Positions 19,434 through 29,867 of a stretch of 64,000 bases of DNA are shown in pieces; the first letter of the stretch is position 1; each line of letters starts with the position of its first letter. The position numbers were made by a program, and so were the translations under genes. Source of the DNA: a bacterium (GTDB lineage Bacteria > Bacillota_I > Bacilli_A > RF39 > UBA660). Under the pieces are notes generated by a model that was not told the DNA's origin, did not search any database, and worked only from the letters and a program-made list of their open reading frames with translations. The stretch lies in contig JAQXPH010000031.1 in NCBI GenBank assembly GCA_029100545.1, positions 6,267 through 70,266 on the forward strand, read 5' to 3'.

Positions 19434-21200
19434 ATGGAAAAAAATGAATATCCAAGTAACATAAAACCTTGGAAAAAATATTATAGTAATTTTGATGAAA
19501 GCTTTGTAGCACCTGAAAAAAGTATGTTTATGTTACTTGAAGAAAATGCAAAGCTAAGAGAAGATAATATAGCAATTAATTATTTAAATTTTAAAATGAC
19601 TTTTAAAAAATATATTGAAAAAATTAAACATGAAGCAAATTGTTTAAAAAAACTTGGAGTTAAAAAAGGAGATATTGTTCCAGTTTTTCTTCCAAATATT
19701 CCGGAGGCAAGAACTACCATATATGCTCTTAACTTAATCGGAGCAATTTCTTATCCTATAAATCCACTTATATCGCCAAAGGATTTTGAAAATATTCTGG
19801 TTAAAAATGATGTTAAAAATATATTTATGTTTAATATGTTTTATTCTAAATATGAAAATGTTATAAAAAGTGCAAATGTAGACAACGTTATTCTAACTTT
19901 TGGAACAGATTTAATACCAAAGTATATTTTAAAAATTAAAAACTTAATGGATACTATTAAGAAAAATAATAGTACTTTTATTTCTGATTCGATATTATCA
20001 TGGGATGAATTTATTAATCAGAAAAAGACTTCTTACATTAAACCATTTTTTGAAAAAGATAGTACATCGGTTATTATTGGAACAAGTGGTACAACTGGTA
20101 CTAGTAAGGGTGTTTGTTTAACAAATGAAAATTTAAATTCAATGGCTTTAGAACATTTATATGGTGATATGAATTTTAAACCAAGTGATAAAATGCTAGA
20201 TATTTTAATTCCATCAATTGGTTATGGACTATCAGTAATGCATTATGAAGGTATATGTGGACTTGAAACTATACTTATTCCTACCTTACAATCTGATATT
20301 TATCCACTTTTAAAAAAATATAAACCTGATCATTTTACTGGAGGACCTATTCACTATGAAACTTTATTAAATAAACATGGAATAAATAATTTAATTTATG
20401 GTAAAAATTTTGTTTCTGGTGGTGCAAATCTTCCTGAAAATATTGAGAAAACACTAAATAAGATTAATGATGATGGTACTTTTGATGAAAATAAAATATT
20501 TGTCAGACAAGGCTTAGGATGTACTGAAAATGGTGGGGCAAGTACATATTTAAAAAAAGGTACTTATAAGCCATATAGTGTTGGAATACCACTTTTATAT
20601 AATACAATAGGTATATTTAAGCCAGGGACTGATGAGGAACTTTCATTTAATGAGGAGGGAGAAATATGTGTAAATGGTCCTACTGTAATGAAAGGATATT
20701 TAAACAATGAAAAAGAAACTAATTTAGTTTTAAAAAGACATAAAGATGGTAAGATTTGGCTTCATACAATGGATATTGGCTATATGGATGAAGATGGACG
20801 TATTTTTCTAAAAGATAGAATAAAAAATATTTTTATGAGAAAAGGCTTTAATGTTCATCCAAATAGTATATCCAACTTTATATCTTCACTTGATATAGTT
20901 GATAGTGCTTATGTAATGGGTATTAGTCATCCAGATGAACAAATGGTTCCTGTAGCATTTGTTAAACTAAAAGAAAATATGGATTTAACTACTGCTGAAG
21001 ACATTATAAATAATAATTGTTCTTTATTTTTAGAGGAAACTTCAATACCTTATGAAATTGTATTTGTTAGTGATTTTCCAAGAAATTTAGGAGGAAAAAT
21101 TGATAATAAAAAATTGCTTGAAATATGTGGTATTGATTATTATAAAAGTAAAGAAAAATGTTTAAAAAGAATTATAAATATTTCAAAGTTTGAATTATAG
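19434..21200 (+). CDS. AMP-binding (adenylate-forming) enzyme, acyl-CoA ligase-like
   Basis: The AMP-binding signature is IGTSGTTGTSKGV, with GYMDEDG...DRIK near the C-terminus. The start was chosen at the ATG after the AAGGGGGA RBS; the ORF is open from 19413. Confidence 0.75.
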   Translation: MEKNEYPSNIKPWKKYYSNFDESFVAPEKSMFMLLEENAKLREDNIAINYLNFKMTFKKYIEKIKHEANCLKKLGVKKGDIVPVFLPNIPEARTTIYALNLIGAISYPINPLISPKDFENILVKNDVKNIFMFNMFYSKYENVIKSANVDNVILTFGTDLIPKYILKIKNLMDTIKKNNSTFISDSILSWDEFINQKKTSYIKPFFEKDSTSVIIGTSGTTGTSKGVCLTNENLNSMALEHLYGDMNFKPSDKMLDILIPSIGYGLSVMHYEGICGLETILIPTLQSDIYPLLKKYKPDHFTGGPIHYETLLNKHGINNLIYGKNFVSGGANLPENIEKTLNKINDDGTFDENKIFVRQGLGCTENGGASTYLKKGTYKPYSVGIPLLYNTIGIFKPGTDEELSFNEEGEICVNGPTVMKGYLNNEKETNLVLKRHKDGKIWLHTMDIGYMDEDGRIFLKDRIKNIFMRKGFNVHPNSISNFISSLDIVDSAYVMGISHPDEQMVPVAFVKLKENMDLTTAEDIINNNCSLFLEETSIPYEIVFVSDFPRNLGGKIDNKKLLEICGIDYYKSKEKCLKRIINISKFEL

Positions 21201-21225
21201 CAAGTTTACATCTTGCTATTTTTTT
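21199..21225 (+). terminator. intrinsic terminator
   Basis: The stem agcaag/cttgct is followed by a T-run. Confidence 0.55.
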
Positions 21226-21257
21226 GCTATTATTAATATGAAAGTAGGAGTAAAAAT

Positions 21258-23045
21258 ATGGTATCATTTTCATTTTCAATATGTTCTCTTATATTTATGT
21301 TAATATTTTTAATTACTTATTTTTCTAAAAGAAGACTAAAAAATAAAGATAATAAATTATATTCATTATTAATAATATGTAATATAGTAGGACTTATTAT
21401 TGATATAATTGGTTTTATAACTATGAAATGCCTTCCATTAAATTCTATAATAAATAATATAATAGCAAAAATTAATTTATTATATTATTTTACTTGGCTT
21501 TATATCTTTGCTTTATATATTATATATATTTCAAAAATAAAAAAGATTAATATGTTACTTAATACCAGCTTAATTAAATATATATGTTATTTTATTAATG
21601 TATTTTTTATATTTGTTTTACCACTTAAAATTAATAATGCAAATGGGATGATTTATTCATCCGGTCCAAGTGCAAGTTATGTTTATTTTATATCGATCAT
21701 TTTAATTTTAATAATACTATATTGTATGATTAAAAATATTCAAAATTTAAAAAAGAAAAAATTTATTCCATTATTATTTTTTATAATTCTTGGTGTTATT
21801 GCAATGATAATCCAAATGATATTTCCAACAATTTTACTTCTTCTTTATTCTGAGTCATTAATAACTTCAATAATGTTTTTTACAATAGAAAATCCAGATG
21901 TAAAAGTACTTAATGAACTATATAAAAATAAAGAAATTATGGAATCAAATTATGAAGATAAATATAACTTTTTATTTGAAATAACTGCAGAATGTAAAAT
22001 ACCACTTAAAAGTATGGAATATTTATGTAGTAATTTAACTAATGAAACTAATCCTAAAACTTTAAAAGAAGGTATTTTATCACTTTCTAATATGGTAAAA
22101 AGGTTAGATTTTATAGTTAACAATGTTATGAATGTGTCAACACTTGATGCTCAAAAATTAAATATTATTGAAAAAAAATATAATTTAAAAAAAGTTTGTG
22201 AAGAACTTATAAAAAGAGTTTCCATTGAAAATAAAAGTAATATAAAATTTAAATATAATTTACCATTAAATGATTTATATTTATATGGTGATGATTTAAA
22301 AATAAAACAAATATTATACTCTCTACTTACTAATTCTTTAGAAAAAACAAAAAAAGGATATGTGGAATTTAGAGTAAATACAATTGAAAAAATTGATGTA
22401 GCAAGAATTATATTTAATATATCTGATAGTGGACCTGGAATTGAAATAGACAAAATTAATGAAATATTATCTTCAACAGGAACACTTGATAAAGAAGAAA
22501 TTGAATTACTTAATAAAAAAGAAGTTAATGTAAAACTATGTCAAAAAGTAATTAAATTAATGGGTGGAAATTTAATGATAAAAAGTGATTTAGGAAAAGG
22601 AACTGAATTTATATTAACTCTTGATCAAAGAATGTATCATGATGAAAATAAAAATGATTTATCATTATATGAAAATATTATAAATGATTATAGAAAAGTA
22701 TTAATAGTATCACAGGATAAAAAGTTAATAAGTAAAATAAAAAGGATTTTAAATAAAAATGATATATCATATTCAATATTATATTATGGAATGGATGCAG
22801 TTGATAAAATTAAAGCAAATAAGAAGTATGATTTTATTTTAATAAGCGATGATTTAAAAGAAGTAAGTGGTATATCTACATTAAAAGAAATGCTAAAGAT
22901 AAAAGGTTTTAATATACCAAGTATTATAATGCTAGATGAAGAAAAAAAGCATTTAACCAAGCATTTTTTAGAAGATGGTTTTAATGATTATATTATTAAT
23001 GAAGACATCGAAAATGGATTAAATAAAATAATAGAGAAGTATTAA
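21258..23045 (+). CDS. multi-pass membrane hybrid histidine-kinase-like protein with a degenerate H-box and receiver domain
   Basis: About 6 TM segments are present. The DHp-like region reads FLFEITAECKIPL, with Ala at the position where the phospho-acceptor His is expected. The HATPase N box (LLTNSLEKTKKG), G1 box (DSGPGI) and G2 box (GKGTEF) are present. The C-terminal receiver-like domain lacks the conserved Lys. Confidence 0.7.
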   Translation: MVSFSFSICSLIFMLIFLITYFSKRRLKNKDNKLYSLLIICNIVGLIIDIIGFITMKCLPLNSIINNIIAKINLLYYFTWLYIFALYIIYISKIKKINMLLNTSLIKYICYFINVFFIFVLPLKINNANGMIYSSGPSASYVYFISIILILIILYCMIKNIQNLKKKKFIPLLFFIILGVIAMIIQMIFPTILLLLYSESLITSIMFFTIENPDVKVLNELYKNKEIMESNYEDKYNFLFEITAECKIPLKSMEYLCSNLTNETNPKTLKEGILSLSNMVKRLDFIVNNVMNVSTLDAQKLNIIEKKYNLKKVCEELIKRVSIENKSNIKFKYNLPLNDLYLYGDDLKIKQILYSLLTNSLEKTKKGYVEFRVNTIEKIDVARIIFNISDSGPGIEIDKINEILSSTGTLDKEEIELLNKKEVNVKLCQKVIKLMGGNLMIKSDLGKGTEFILTLDQRMYHDENKNDLSLYENIINDYRKVLIVSQDKKLISKIKRILNKNDISYSILYYGMDAVDKIKANKKYDFILISDDLKEVSGISTLKEMLKIKGFNIPSIIMLDEEKKHLTKHFLEDGFNDYIINEDIENGLNKIIEKY

Positions 23046-23085
23046 TTTTCTTCTTTTTTTTAATTAAAAAAAATTTATTTTTTCT

Positions 23086-23112
23086 TTAGCAAAATGTATT
23101 GACAAGTGCTAA
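23086..23112. promoter_or_regulatory. CIRCE-like HrcA operator 1 (TTAGCAaaa-N9-aaGTGCTAA)
   Basis: It has the 9-N9-9 inverted-repeat architecture of the CIRCE consensus TTAGCACTC-N9-GAGTGCTAA and overlaps the -35 box. Confidence 0.65.
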
Positions 23113-23127
23113 TTTGCATAATATAAT
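23099..23127 (+). promoter_or_regulatory. sigma-A promoter of the hrcA-grpE-dnaK operon
   Basis: The sequence reads TTGACA-17 nt-TATAAT, with both hexamers matching consensus. Confidence 0.7.
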
Positions 23128-23131
23128 AGTG

Positions 23132-23158
23132 TTAGCATTTTAATAAAAGAAGTGCTAG
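23132..23158. promoter_or_regulatory. CIRCE-like HrcA operator 2 (TTAGCAttt-N9-aaGTGCTAg)
   Basis: This is a second 9-N9-9 inverted repeat, located just downstream of the -10 box. Confidence 0.6.
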
Positions 23159-23169
23159 AAAGGTATATA

Positions 23170-24165
23170 ATGGATAAGAGGCAAGAAAACTTACTTAAAG
23201 ATATTGTTGAGACATATGTTAAAACAGTAAAACCAGTAGGTAGTAAATCATTATGTCAAAAATTTAATTGTTCATCCGCAACAATAAGAAATGAAATGGC
23301 AATACTTGAAAATCTTGGTTATATAGAAAAAAATCATATATCTTCAGGTCGAATTCCTTCGGAAAAAGGATATAGATATTATGTAGAAAATTTAATGGAA
23401 CCTGAAAAATTAACTGGAAGTGAAATGTTAAAACTTCAAAGAGTAGTAAAAAATCAAGATTTAGTTTTATCTGATGCAATTAGTAAATGTATGGAAATAA
23501 TTAGTGATCTTACTAATTATGCATCTATTGTACTTGGCCAAAATAGTGAAGATAATTTACTTAAACAAGTAAGTATAATTCCAATTGATGAAGATAAAGT
23601 TGTTGCTCTTGTATGTACAAATAAAGGAGTAGTTGAAAATAAAAAATTTTCACTTGGAAATACTAATTTAAAAGAATTAATTAAAACAAGTGAAATAATT
23701 AATAAAATGCTTATTGGTACTCCTATAAAAGATGTATCTGAAAGATTAGAATTTGAAATTAAACCTATAATAGCAAATGAAATACAAAATTATGAAAGAG
23801 TATATAATATATTTTATAATGCCTTTACTGATTTTGTAGATGATACAAATAATGTAAAAGTTACTGGTAAAGCTAAAGTATTAGAACAGCCTGAATATAA
23901 TGATCCAGAGTCTATAAAAAAACTTGCGTATAAATTAGAAGATAAAAGTTTTATTAAAAAAGTTACTAGTTCTTGTGGCAGTGATGAAATAAAAGTTTAT
24001 ATTGGTTCTGATTCACTTGTAGATGATAATACTACTGTAATTAAGAAAACTTATGATATTAATGGTGAAAAGGGAACTATTGCAATAATTGGTCCTAAAA
24101 GAATGGATTATGCAAAAGTATATGGACTTATTGATTATGTACTTGATGAAATAAAGAAAAAGTAG
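23170..24165 (+). CDS. hrcA: heat-inducible transcription repressor HrcA
   Basis: The N-terminal wHTH reads RQENLLKDIVETYVKTVKPVGSKSL, and the gene has the expected operon position. The start was chosen at the ATG after the GAAAGG RBS; the ORF is open from GTG 23152. Confidence 0.9.
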   Translation: MDKRQENLLKDIVETYVKTVKPVGSKSLCQKFNCSSATIRNEMAILENLGYIEKNHISSGRIPSEKGYRYYVENLMEPEKLTGSEMLKLQRVVKNQDLVLSDAISKCMEIISDLTNYASIVLGQNSEDNLLKQVSIIPIDEDKVVALVCTNKGVVENKKFSLGNTNLKELIKTSEIINKMLIGTPIKDVSERLEFEIKPIIANEIQNYERVYNIFYNAFTDFVDDTNNVKVTGKAKVLEQPEYNDPESIKKLAYKLEDKSFIKKVTSSCGSDEIKVYIGSDSLVDDNTTVIKKTYDINGEKGTIAIIGPKRMDYAKVYGLIDYVLDEIKKK

Positions 24166-24173
24166 GTGATAAA

Positions 24174-24764
24174 TTGAAAAAAGAAAATATAGAAAAAGAT
24201 AATAAAAAAAATAAACATGAAATAAATGAAGAAAAATTACATGAAGAAAAAAATAGTAGTGTAAATAAAAATAAAAAAATTGAAGAAATTTCAAAAAAAG
24301 ATAGTTTTGAAACTGAATGTAAAAATCTTCTTGAAATTAATAAGAGTTTACAAGAAAAAATATTAAGATTAAATGCAGAAATGCAAAATATGAATAGACG
24401 CTTTAATGAAGAAAAAGCAAGTATTTATAAATATGATGGTGAAAAGTTAATTAAAGAGCTTCTTCCTATAATTGATAATTTTGAAAGAGCTATTAAGCTT
24501 GATGATGATAATTTAACTGATGAACTATCAAAATTCTTATCTGGATTTAAAATGATTTACGCATCACTTGTTTCAACACTTAATGCAATAGGTGTTAAAG
24601 AAATAGATTGCATTGGTAAACCTTTTGATCCAAATAAAATGGAAGCTATTATGACCACTAATATAATGGAAGAAGAAGAAAATGTAGTAGTGGAAGTAAT
24701 GCAAAAAGGCTATACTTATAATGATAAAGTTATAAGAGTAGCTATGGTAAAAGTTAATGAATAA
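24174..24764 (+). CDS. grpE: nucleotide exchange factor GrpE
   Basis: The motifs LLPIIDNFERA and a C-terminal beta domain (GYTYNDKVIRVAMVKV) are present. The start is TTG after an AGGTGA RBS. Confidence 0.9.
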   Translation: MKKENIEKDNKKNKHEINEEKLHEEKNSSVNKNKKIEEISKKDSFETECKNLLEINKSLQEKILRLNAEMQNMNRRFNEEKASIYKYDGEKLIKELLPIIDNFERAIKLDDDNLTDELSKFLSGFKMIYASLVSTLNAIGVKEIDCIGKPFDPNKMEAIMTTNIMEEEENVVVEVMQKGYTYNDKVIRVAMVKVNE

Positions 24765-24798
24765 TTAATACTCGGATAAAAGAAAGGAATGATAAAAT

Positions 24799-26616
24799 AT
24801 GAGTAAAATTATTGGTATAGATTTAGGTACAACAAATAGTTGTGTTTCAGTACTTGAAGGTGGGGAAGCTAAAGTTATCCCTAATGCTGAAGGCAATCGT
24901 ACTACTCCTTCAGTAGTTGCTTTCAAAGGTGATGATGAATTAGTTGGAGAAACTGCTAAAAGACAAGCAGTTACTAATGTAAAAAATACTATTTCATCAA
25001 TTAAAAGAAAAATGGGTACATCTGAAAAAGTTGAAGCAAATGGAAGAAAATATACTCGAGAAGAAATTAGTGCAAAAATACTTGCAAAACTTAAGAAAGA
25101 TGCTGAAAGTTATTTAGGAGATAAAGTAACAAAAGCTGTTATTACAGTTCCTGCTTACTTTAATGATGCACAAAGACAAGCAACTAAAAATGCTGGTAAA
25201 ATTGCTGGTTTAGAAGTAGAAAGAATTATTAATGAACCAACTGCTGCTGCTCTTGCTTATGGACTTGATAAACAAGATAAACTACAAACTATTTTAGTTT
25301 ATGACTTAGGTGGTGGAACATTCGATGTTTCTATTCTAGAACTTGGTGATGGTGTATTTGAAGTTAAATCAACTGCTGGAAATAATAAACTTGGTGGAGA
25401 TGACTTTGATGAAAGAGTTGCAAATTATTTAATTAATGAATTTAAGAAAGAACATGGAATAGACTTATCTAAAGATCCTATGGCAATGCAAAGGGTTAAA
25501 GATGCAGCTGAAAAAGCTAAAAAAGATTTATCTTCAATGACTACAACTCAAATATCGCTTCCATTTATAACTCAAAATGATAATAAAGAACCACTTCATA
25601 TGGATATTTCATTATCTAAAGCTAAATTTGAAGATTTAAATAAAGATTTATTTGATTCAACTCTTGAACCAGTTAGAAAAGCATTAAAAGATGCTAAACT
25701 TACTGCAAAAGATATTGATAAAGTTATTTTAGTTGGAGGATCATCAAGAATCCCTTATATTCAAGAACTTGTTAAAAAAGAACTTGGTCAAGAACCAAAT
25801 AAGAGTGTTAACCCTGATGAAGTTGTTGCGATGGGTGCTGCTATTCAAGGTGGAGTACTTACTGGTGAAGTAAATGATATAGTACTTCTTGATGTTACAC
25901 CACTTTCACTTGGTATTGAAACTTTAGGAAATGTTATGACTGTATTAATTCCAAGAAATACAACTATTCCGACAAGTAAGAGTCAAGTATTTAGTACAGC
26001 AGCAGATAATCAACCAGCTGTAGATATTCATGTATTACAAGGTGAAAGACCAATGGCATCTGATAATAAAACCCTTGGAAACTTCCAACTTACAAATATT
26101 CCACCAGCAAGACGTGGAGTACCACAAATTGAAGTTAAATTTGATATTGATGCTAACGGTATTGTAAATGTAACAGCTAAAGACCTTGGTACAAATAAAG
26201 AACAATCAATTACTATTACATCATCTACAAATCTATCTGATGAAGAAATTGATAGAATGATGAAAGAAGCTGAAGCCAATAAAGAAGCCGATGAAAAGAA
26301 AAAAGCTGAAAGTGAAGCAAGAAATGAAGCTGATTCAATGATTCTTGCAACTGATCGTGCTTTAGAAGATCTAGGAGATAAAATTGATCCTAAAGACAAA
26401 GAAGAAGCTACTAAATTAAAAGATGAATTAGTTGAGGCTTTAAAAGGCAATGATATTGATGATATTAAAGCTAAAACAGAAAGTTTAAATAAAAAAGCAA
26501 TGGAACTTGCTGGAAAAGTTTATGAAGCAAATGCAAAAAATGCTCAATCTGAAAATAATGATAATTCTTCAGATAATACTGATGATGCACAAGAAGCTGA
26601 ATATAAAGAAAAATAA
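24799..26616 (+). CDS. dnaK: molecular chaperone DnaK (Hsp70)
   Basis: Signatures are [24 protein letters not shown] and [11 protein letters not shown]. Confidence 0.98.
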   Translation: MSKIIGIDLGTTNSCVSVLEGGEAKVIPNAEGNRTTPSVVAFKGDDELVGETAKRQAVTNVKNTISSIKRKMGTSEKVEANGRKYTREEISAKILAKLKKDAESYLGDKVTKAVITVPAYFNDAQRQATKNAGKIAGLEVERIINEPTAAALAYGLDKQDKLQTILVYDLGGGTFDVSILELGDGVFEVKSTAGNNKLGGDDFDERVANYLINEFKKEHGIDLSKDPMAMQRVKDAAEKAKKDLSSMTTTQISLPFITQNDNKEPLHMDISLSKAKFEDLNKDLFDSTLEPVRKALKDAKLTAKDIDKVILVGGSSRIPYIQELVKKELGQEPNKSVNPDEVVAMGAAIQGGVLTGEVNDIVLLDVTPLSLGIETLGNVMTVLIPRNTTIPTSKSQVFSTAADNQPAVDIHVLQGERPMASDNKTLGNFQLTNIPPARRGVPQIEVKFDIDANGIVNVTAKDLGTNKEQSITITSSTNLSDEEIDRMMKEAEANKEADEKKKAESEARNEADSMILATDRALEDLGDKIDPKDKEEATKLKDELVEALKGNDIDDIKAKTESLNKKAMELAGKVYEANAKNAQSENNDNSSDNTDDAQEAEYKEK

Positions 26617-26631
26617 TAAAGAAAGGAAATT

Positions 26632-26659
26632 ATTAGGTTCTAGGTTACTAGAACCTAAT
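26632..26659 (+). terminator. perfect 12-bp hairpin after dnaK (possible attenuator or terminator)
   Basis: The stem attaggttctag/ctagaacctaat has a 4-nt loop. The downstream T-run is weak. Confidence 0.45.
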
Positions 26660-26673
26660 ATTTGCATAAAAAT

Positions 26674-28437
26674 ATGGAAGATCAAATTAATTTAAAAGAT
26701 TTATTTAAAACTGATAAAGATTTTGAAAAAGAATTAAAATCTTTAGAAAAAGAAACAAAAAAAATATTTTCTTATGAAGGACATATATTAGAAAGTCCTG
26801 AAAGTTTATATAATTTTTTAGCCTTTGATACATTAATTTCTAAAAGATTAGAAAGACTTTATTTATATGCTCATATAAATAATGATTTAGATTTAACTAA
26901 TCAAAAATATCAAGATTATTTAGGAAAAGTATTAAATTTAGCAAATAATATTAGTGAAAAATCCTCTTTTGTATTACCAGAATTATTAACAAAAGACTAT
27001 AGTGATATACTAAAAATGATAAAAAACTATCCTAAACTTAAAGAATATAAAAATAATTTAAAAGATATTTATCGTAATAAAAAAATAATTAAGAATAAAG
27101 ATGAAGAAAAAATTATTTCTATTTTAACATCAACTTATGATAAACCAGAAGATATATCAGAGTTTTTACTTACAACTGATTTAGATTATGGTTATATAAT
27201 AGATGAAAATGGTAAGAAAAATAAACTTACTTTATCAAATTTTAGTACTTATTTAGAAAGTAATAATGGTAATGTTAGAAAAGATGCTTTTGAAGGAATT
27301 TATAAAAATATTAAAGCATTTGAAAATACTTTTAATGCAATATTTACTTCCAAAATAATGGAAAATAATAAACTATCTAAAATAAGAGGTTTTGATAGTG
27401 CTCGTAAATTAAGTTTATATCAAAATAATATAAAAAATAATATATATGATAAATTAATTGAAGGAATTCATAAAAATTTAAATAAATTTTATAAATATTA
27501 TGATTTTAAAAAAGAAGTATTAAATATAAAAGACTTTCATATTTATGATACATATGCAAATATTACAAGCAATTTTAATAAAGATTTTTCTTTAGAAGAA
27601 GCAAAAAATATAATTATTTCATCATTAAGTATTTTAGGTAATGATTATATAGATATAATAAAAAAATCATTTTCTGATAACTGGATTTCATATTATCCTA
27701 AAAAGAATAAAAGAGATGGAGGATATTGTACATGTGCATATTTAGCCCATCCTTATATTGTAATAAATTATGAAAATAAACTTGAAGATGTTTCTACACT
27801 TGCTCATGAACTTGGCCATGCTATGCATTATTATTATGCTAAAGAAAATAATACTTATGAAGATTATAATTATTCAATTTTTGTAGCAGAAGTAGCAAGT
27901 CAAGTAAACGAAATAATACTTACAGATTATTTATTAAATAGTGCGGATAATATTGAAGAAAAAAAATATTTATTAGATAGTATTTTAAAAAGATTTAAAG
28001 CAACTATGATAAGACAAACTATGTTTGCTGAATTTGAAGATATTCTTCATAATAAAGAAAATGAAGGCATTATATTAACTAAAGATGTTGTTCAAAATAC
28101 ATATTATGATTTAAATAAATTATATTTTGGTGAAAATGTAATTATTGATGATTATATAAAATATGAATGTTATAGAATACCACATTTTTATTATAATTTT
28201 TATGTGTATCAATATGCTACTGGATATGCAGCAGCATTAAAAATAGCCCATGATATTATTAATAAAAAAGCAGGTGCTTTAGAAAAATATCGTAAATTTT
28301 TAACTCTTGGTTCAACACTTGATCCTGTAAAATCACTTGGTGTAGCGGGAGTTGATATGTTAGATGATAAATTATATGATGAAGTATTTACATATTTTGA
28401 TAATTACTTAAAGGAGTTGAAAAAATTATATGAGTAG
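26674..28437 (+). CDS. pepF: oligoendopeptidase F (M3B family)
   Basis: The zinc motif HELGHAMH is present, and the length and overall pattern are typical of PepF. The start is uncertain; the ORF is open from 26662. Confidence 0.85.
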   Translation: MEDQINLKDLFKTDKDFEKELKSLEKETKKIFSYEGHILESPESLYNFLAFDTLISKRLERLYLYAHINNDLDLTNQKYQDYLGKVLNLANNISEKSSFVLPELLTKDYSDILKMIKNYPKLKEYKNNLKDIYRNKKIIKNKDEEKIISILTSTYDKPEDISEFLLTTDLDYGYIIDENGKKNKLTLSNFSTYLESNNGNVRKDAFEGIYKNIKAFENTFNAIFTSKIMENNKLSKIRGFDSARKLSLYQNNIKNNIYDKLIEGIHKNLNKFYKYYDFKKEVLNIKDFHIYDTYANITSNFNKDFSLEEAKNIIISSLSILGNDYIDIIKKSFSDNWISYYPKKNKRDGGYCTCAYLAHPYIVINYENKLEDVSTLAHELGHAMHYYYAKENNTYEDYNYSIFVAEVASQVNEIILTDYLLNSADNIEEKKYLLDSILKRFKATMIRQTMFAEFEDILHNKENEGIILTKDVVQNTYYDLNKLYFGENVIIDDYIKYECYRIPHFYYNFYVYQYATGYAAALKIAHDIINKKAGALEKYRKFLTLGSTLDPVKSLGVAGVDMLDDKLYDEVFTYFDNYLKELKKLYE

Positions 28438-29548
28438 TAAAAAAGATTATTATGAAGTATTAGGTGTTTCAAAAGATGCATCTGATGAAGAAATAAAAAG
28501 ATCATTTAGAAAACTTGCTAAAATGTATCATCCAGATAATAAAGAAACTGGTGATGAAGCTAAATTTAAAGAAGTAGGAGAAGCATATGCAATACTATCT
28601 GATCCAAATAAAAGAAAACAATATGATCAATTTGGTTCTGCTGCTTTTGATGGAACTGGAGGTTTTCAAGGAAATGGTGGATTTGGTTTTGATGCAAGTG
28701 ATATAAATCTTGATGATATTTTACGTAGTGTTTTTGGTGATAGTGGTTTTTCTTCTTTTGGGGGCTTTTCAGGTCAAAGAAGAAGACAAAGTAAAGGTAG
28801 TGATGTAAGAGTTACTGTAGATCTTACTTTTGAAGAAGCTGCTTTTGGCTGTGAAAAAACTATTGAAGTTAATTTAAAAGATAGTTGTCCTAATTGTGAT
28901 GGAAAAGGTGGTTTTAATGAAAAAACATGTCAAACTTGTCATGGCCAAGGTGTTGTTTTAGAACAAGTTAGATCACTTTTTGGCCTTATGCAAACTCAAA
29001 AAGTATGTCCTGATTGTTTAGGAAAAGGTGTAACTTATGCTGAAACATGTTCAAATTGTAAAGGAATGGGTATAGTTGGAAATAAAAAGAAAATTAAAAT
29101 TAAAGTACCTGAAGGAGTAGATTCTGGTCATGAATTAAGACTTGCAGGTAAAGGAAATTCTATTCAAGGTGGAGAAAATGGTGACCTTTACGTAGATTTT
29201 AATATTAAAGAACATCCTCTTTTTGAACGTCAAGGAAATGATATTTATTTAGAACTTCCTATTAATGTTGCTCAGGCTACTTTAGGATGTGAAGTAGAAA
29301 TTCCTACAATAAATGGTAATGTTATTCTTGATATAAAACCTGGAACTCAAAATTATACAAAATTAAAATTAAAAGGAAAAGGTTTAAAAAGTCCAAATTC
29401 ATTAATAAGAGGTAATATGTATGTAGTTGTAAATATTATTATACCTACAAAACTATCTTTATCTCAAAAGAAATTATTTAAAGAATTATTAGAATCAAAT
29501 TTAGATAATGAGGAAGAAATTAAAGATTTTAAGAAAAAAATGAAGTAG
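28430..29548 (+). CDS. dnaJ: molecular chaperone DnaJ
   Basis: It has a J domain (DYYEVLGV...YHPD), a G/F-rich linker and four CxxCxGxG zinc-finger repeats. Confidence 0.97.
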   Translation: MSSKKDYYEVLGVSKDASDEEIKRSFRKLAKMYHPDNKETGDEAKFKEVGEAYAILSDPNKRKQYDQFGSAAFDGTGGFQGNGGFGFDASDINLDDILRSVFGDSGFSSFGGFSGQRRRQSKGSDVRVTVDLTFEEAAFGCEKTIEVNLKDSCPNCDGKGGFNEKTCQTCHGQGVVLEQVRSLFGLMQTQKVCPDCLGKGVTYAETCSNCKGMGIVGNKKKIKIKVPEGVDSGHELRLAGKGNSIQGGENGDLYVDFNIKEHPLFERQGNDIYLELPINVAQATLGCEVEIPTINGNVILDIKPGTQNYTKLKLKGKGLKSPNSLIRGNMYVVVNIIIPTKLSLSQKKLFKELLESNLDNEEEIKDFKKKMK

Positions 29549-29807
29549 TATAAATTATTTCATTTTTTATGTAATATAATCCAATAAATAATGATTTTTT
29601 ACTTAAAATTCACATTTTTTTTAAAAAAAAGTATAAAAATAGTAGACAGGTACAAAAAAATATAGTATAATCATTAAGGCATTGAGAAATGCGAGCATAT
29701 GTAGGTGATAATAAGCCTAAATATAAAAAAGTGTATTTGGTGAAAAAATAGATAGTAATATCTATTTTTTTGTTAAAAAAATTATTAATAAATTACCTTT
29801 ATTTACT

Positions 29808-29837
29808 TTGACATATAATATTACTTTGTGGTATTAT
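29808..29837 (+). promoter_or_regulatory. candidate promoter of the paralogue/DGR-target operon
   Basis: TTGACA is followed about 18 nt later by TATTAT, which is preceded by TGg (extended -10). It lies about 30 nt upstream of the ATG at 29868. Confidence 0.45.
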
Positions 29838-29867
29838 TTTATTAGAGTAGAGAAAGGTATTTTTATT

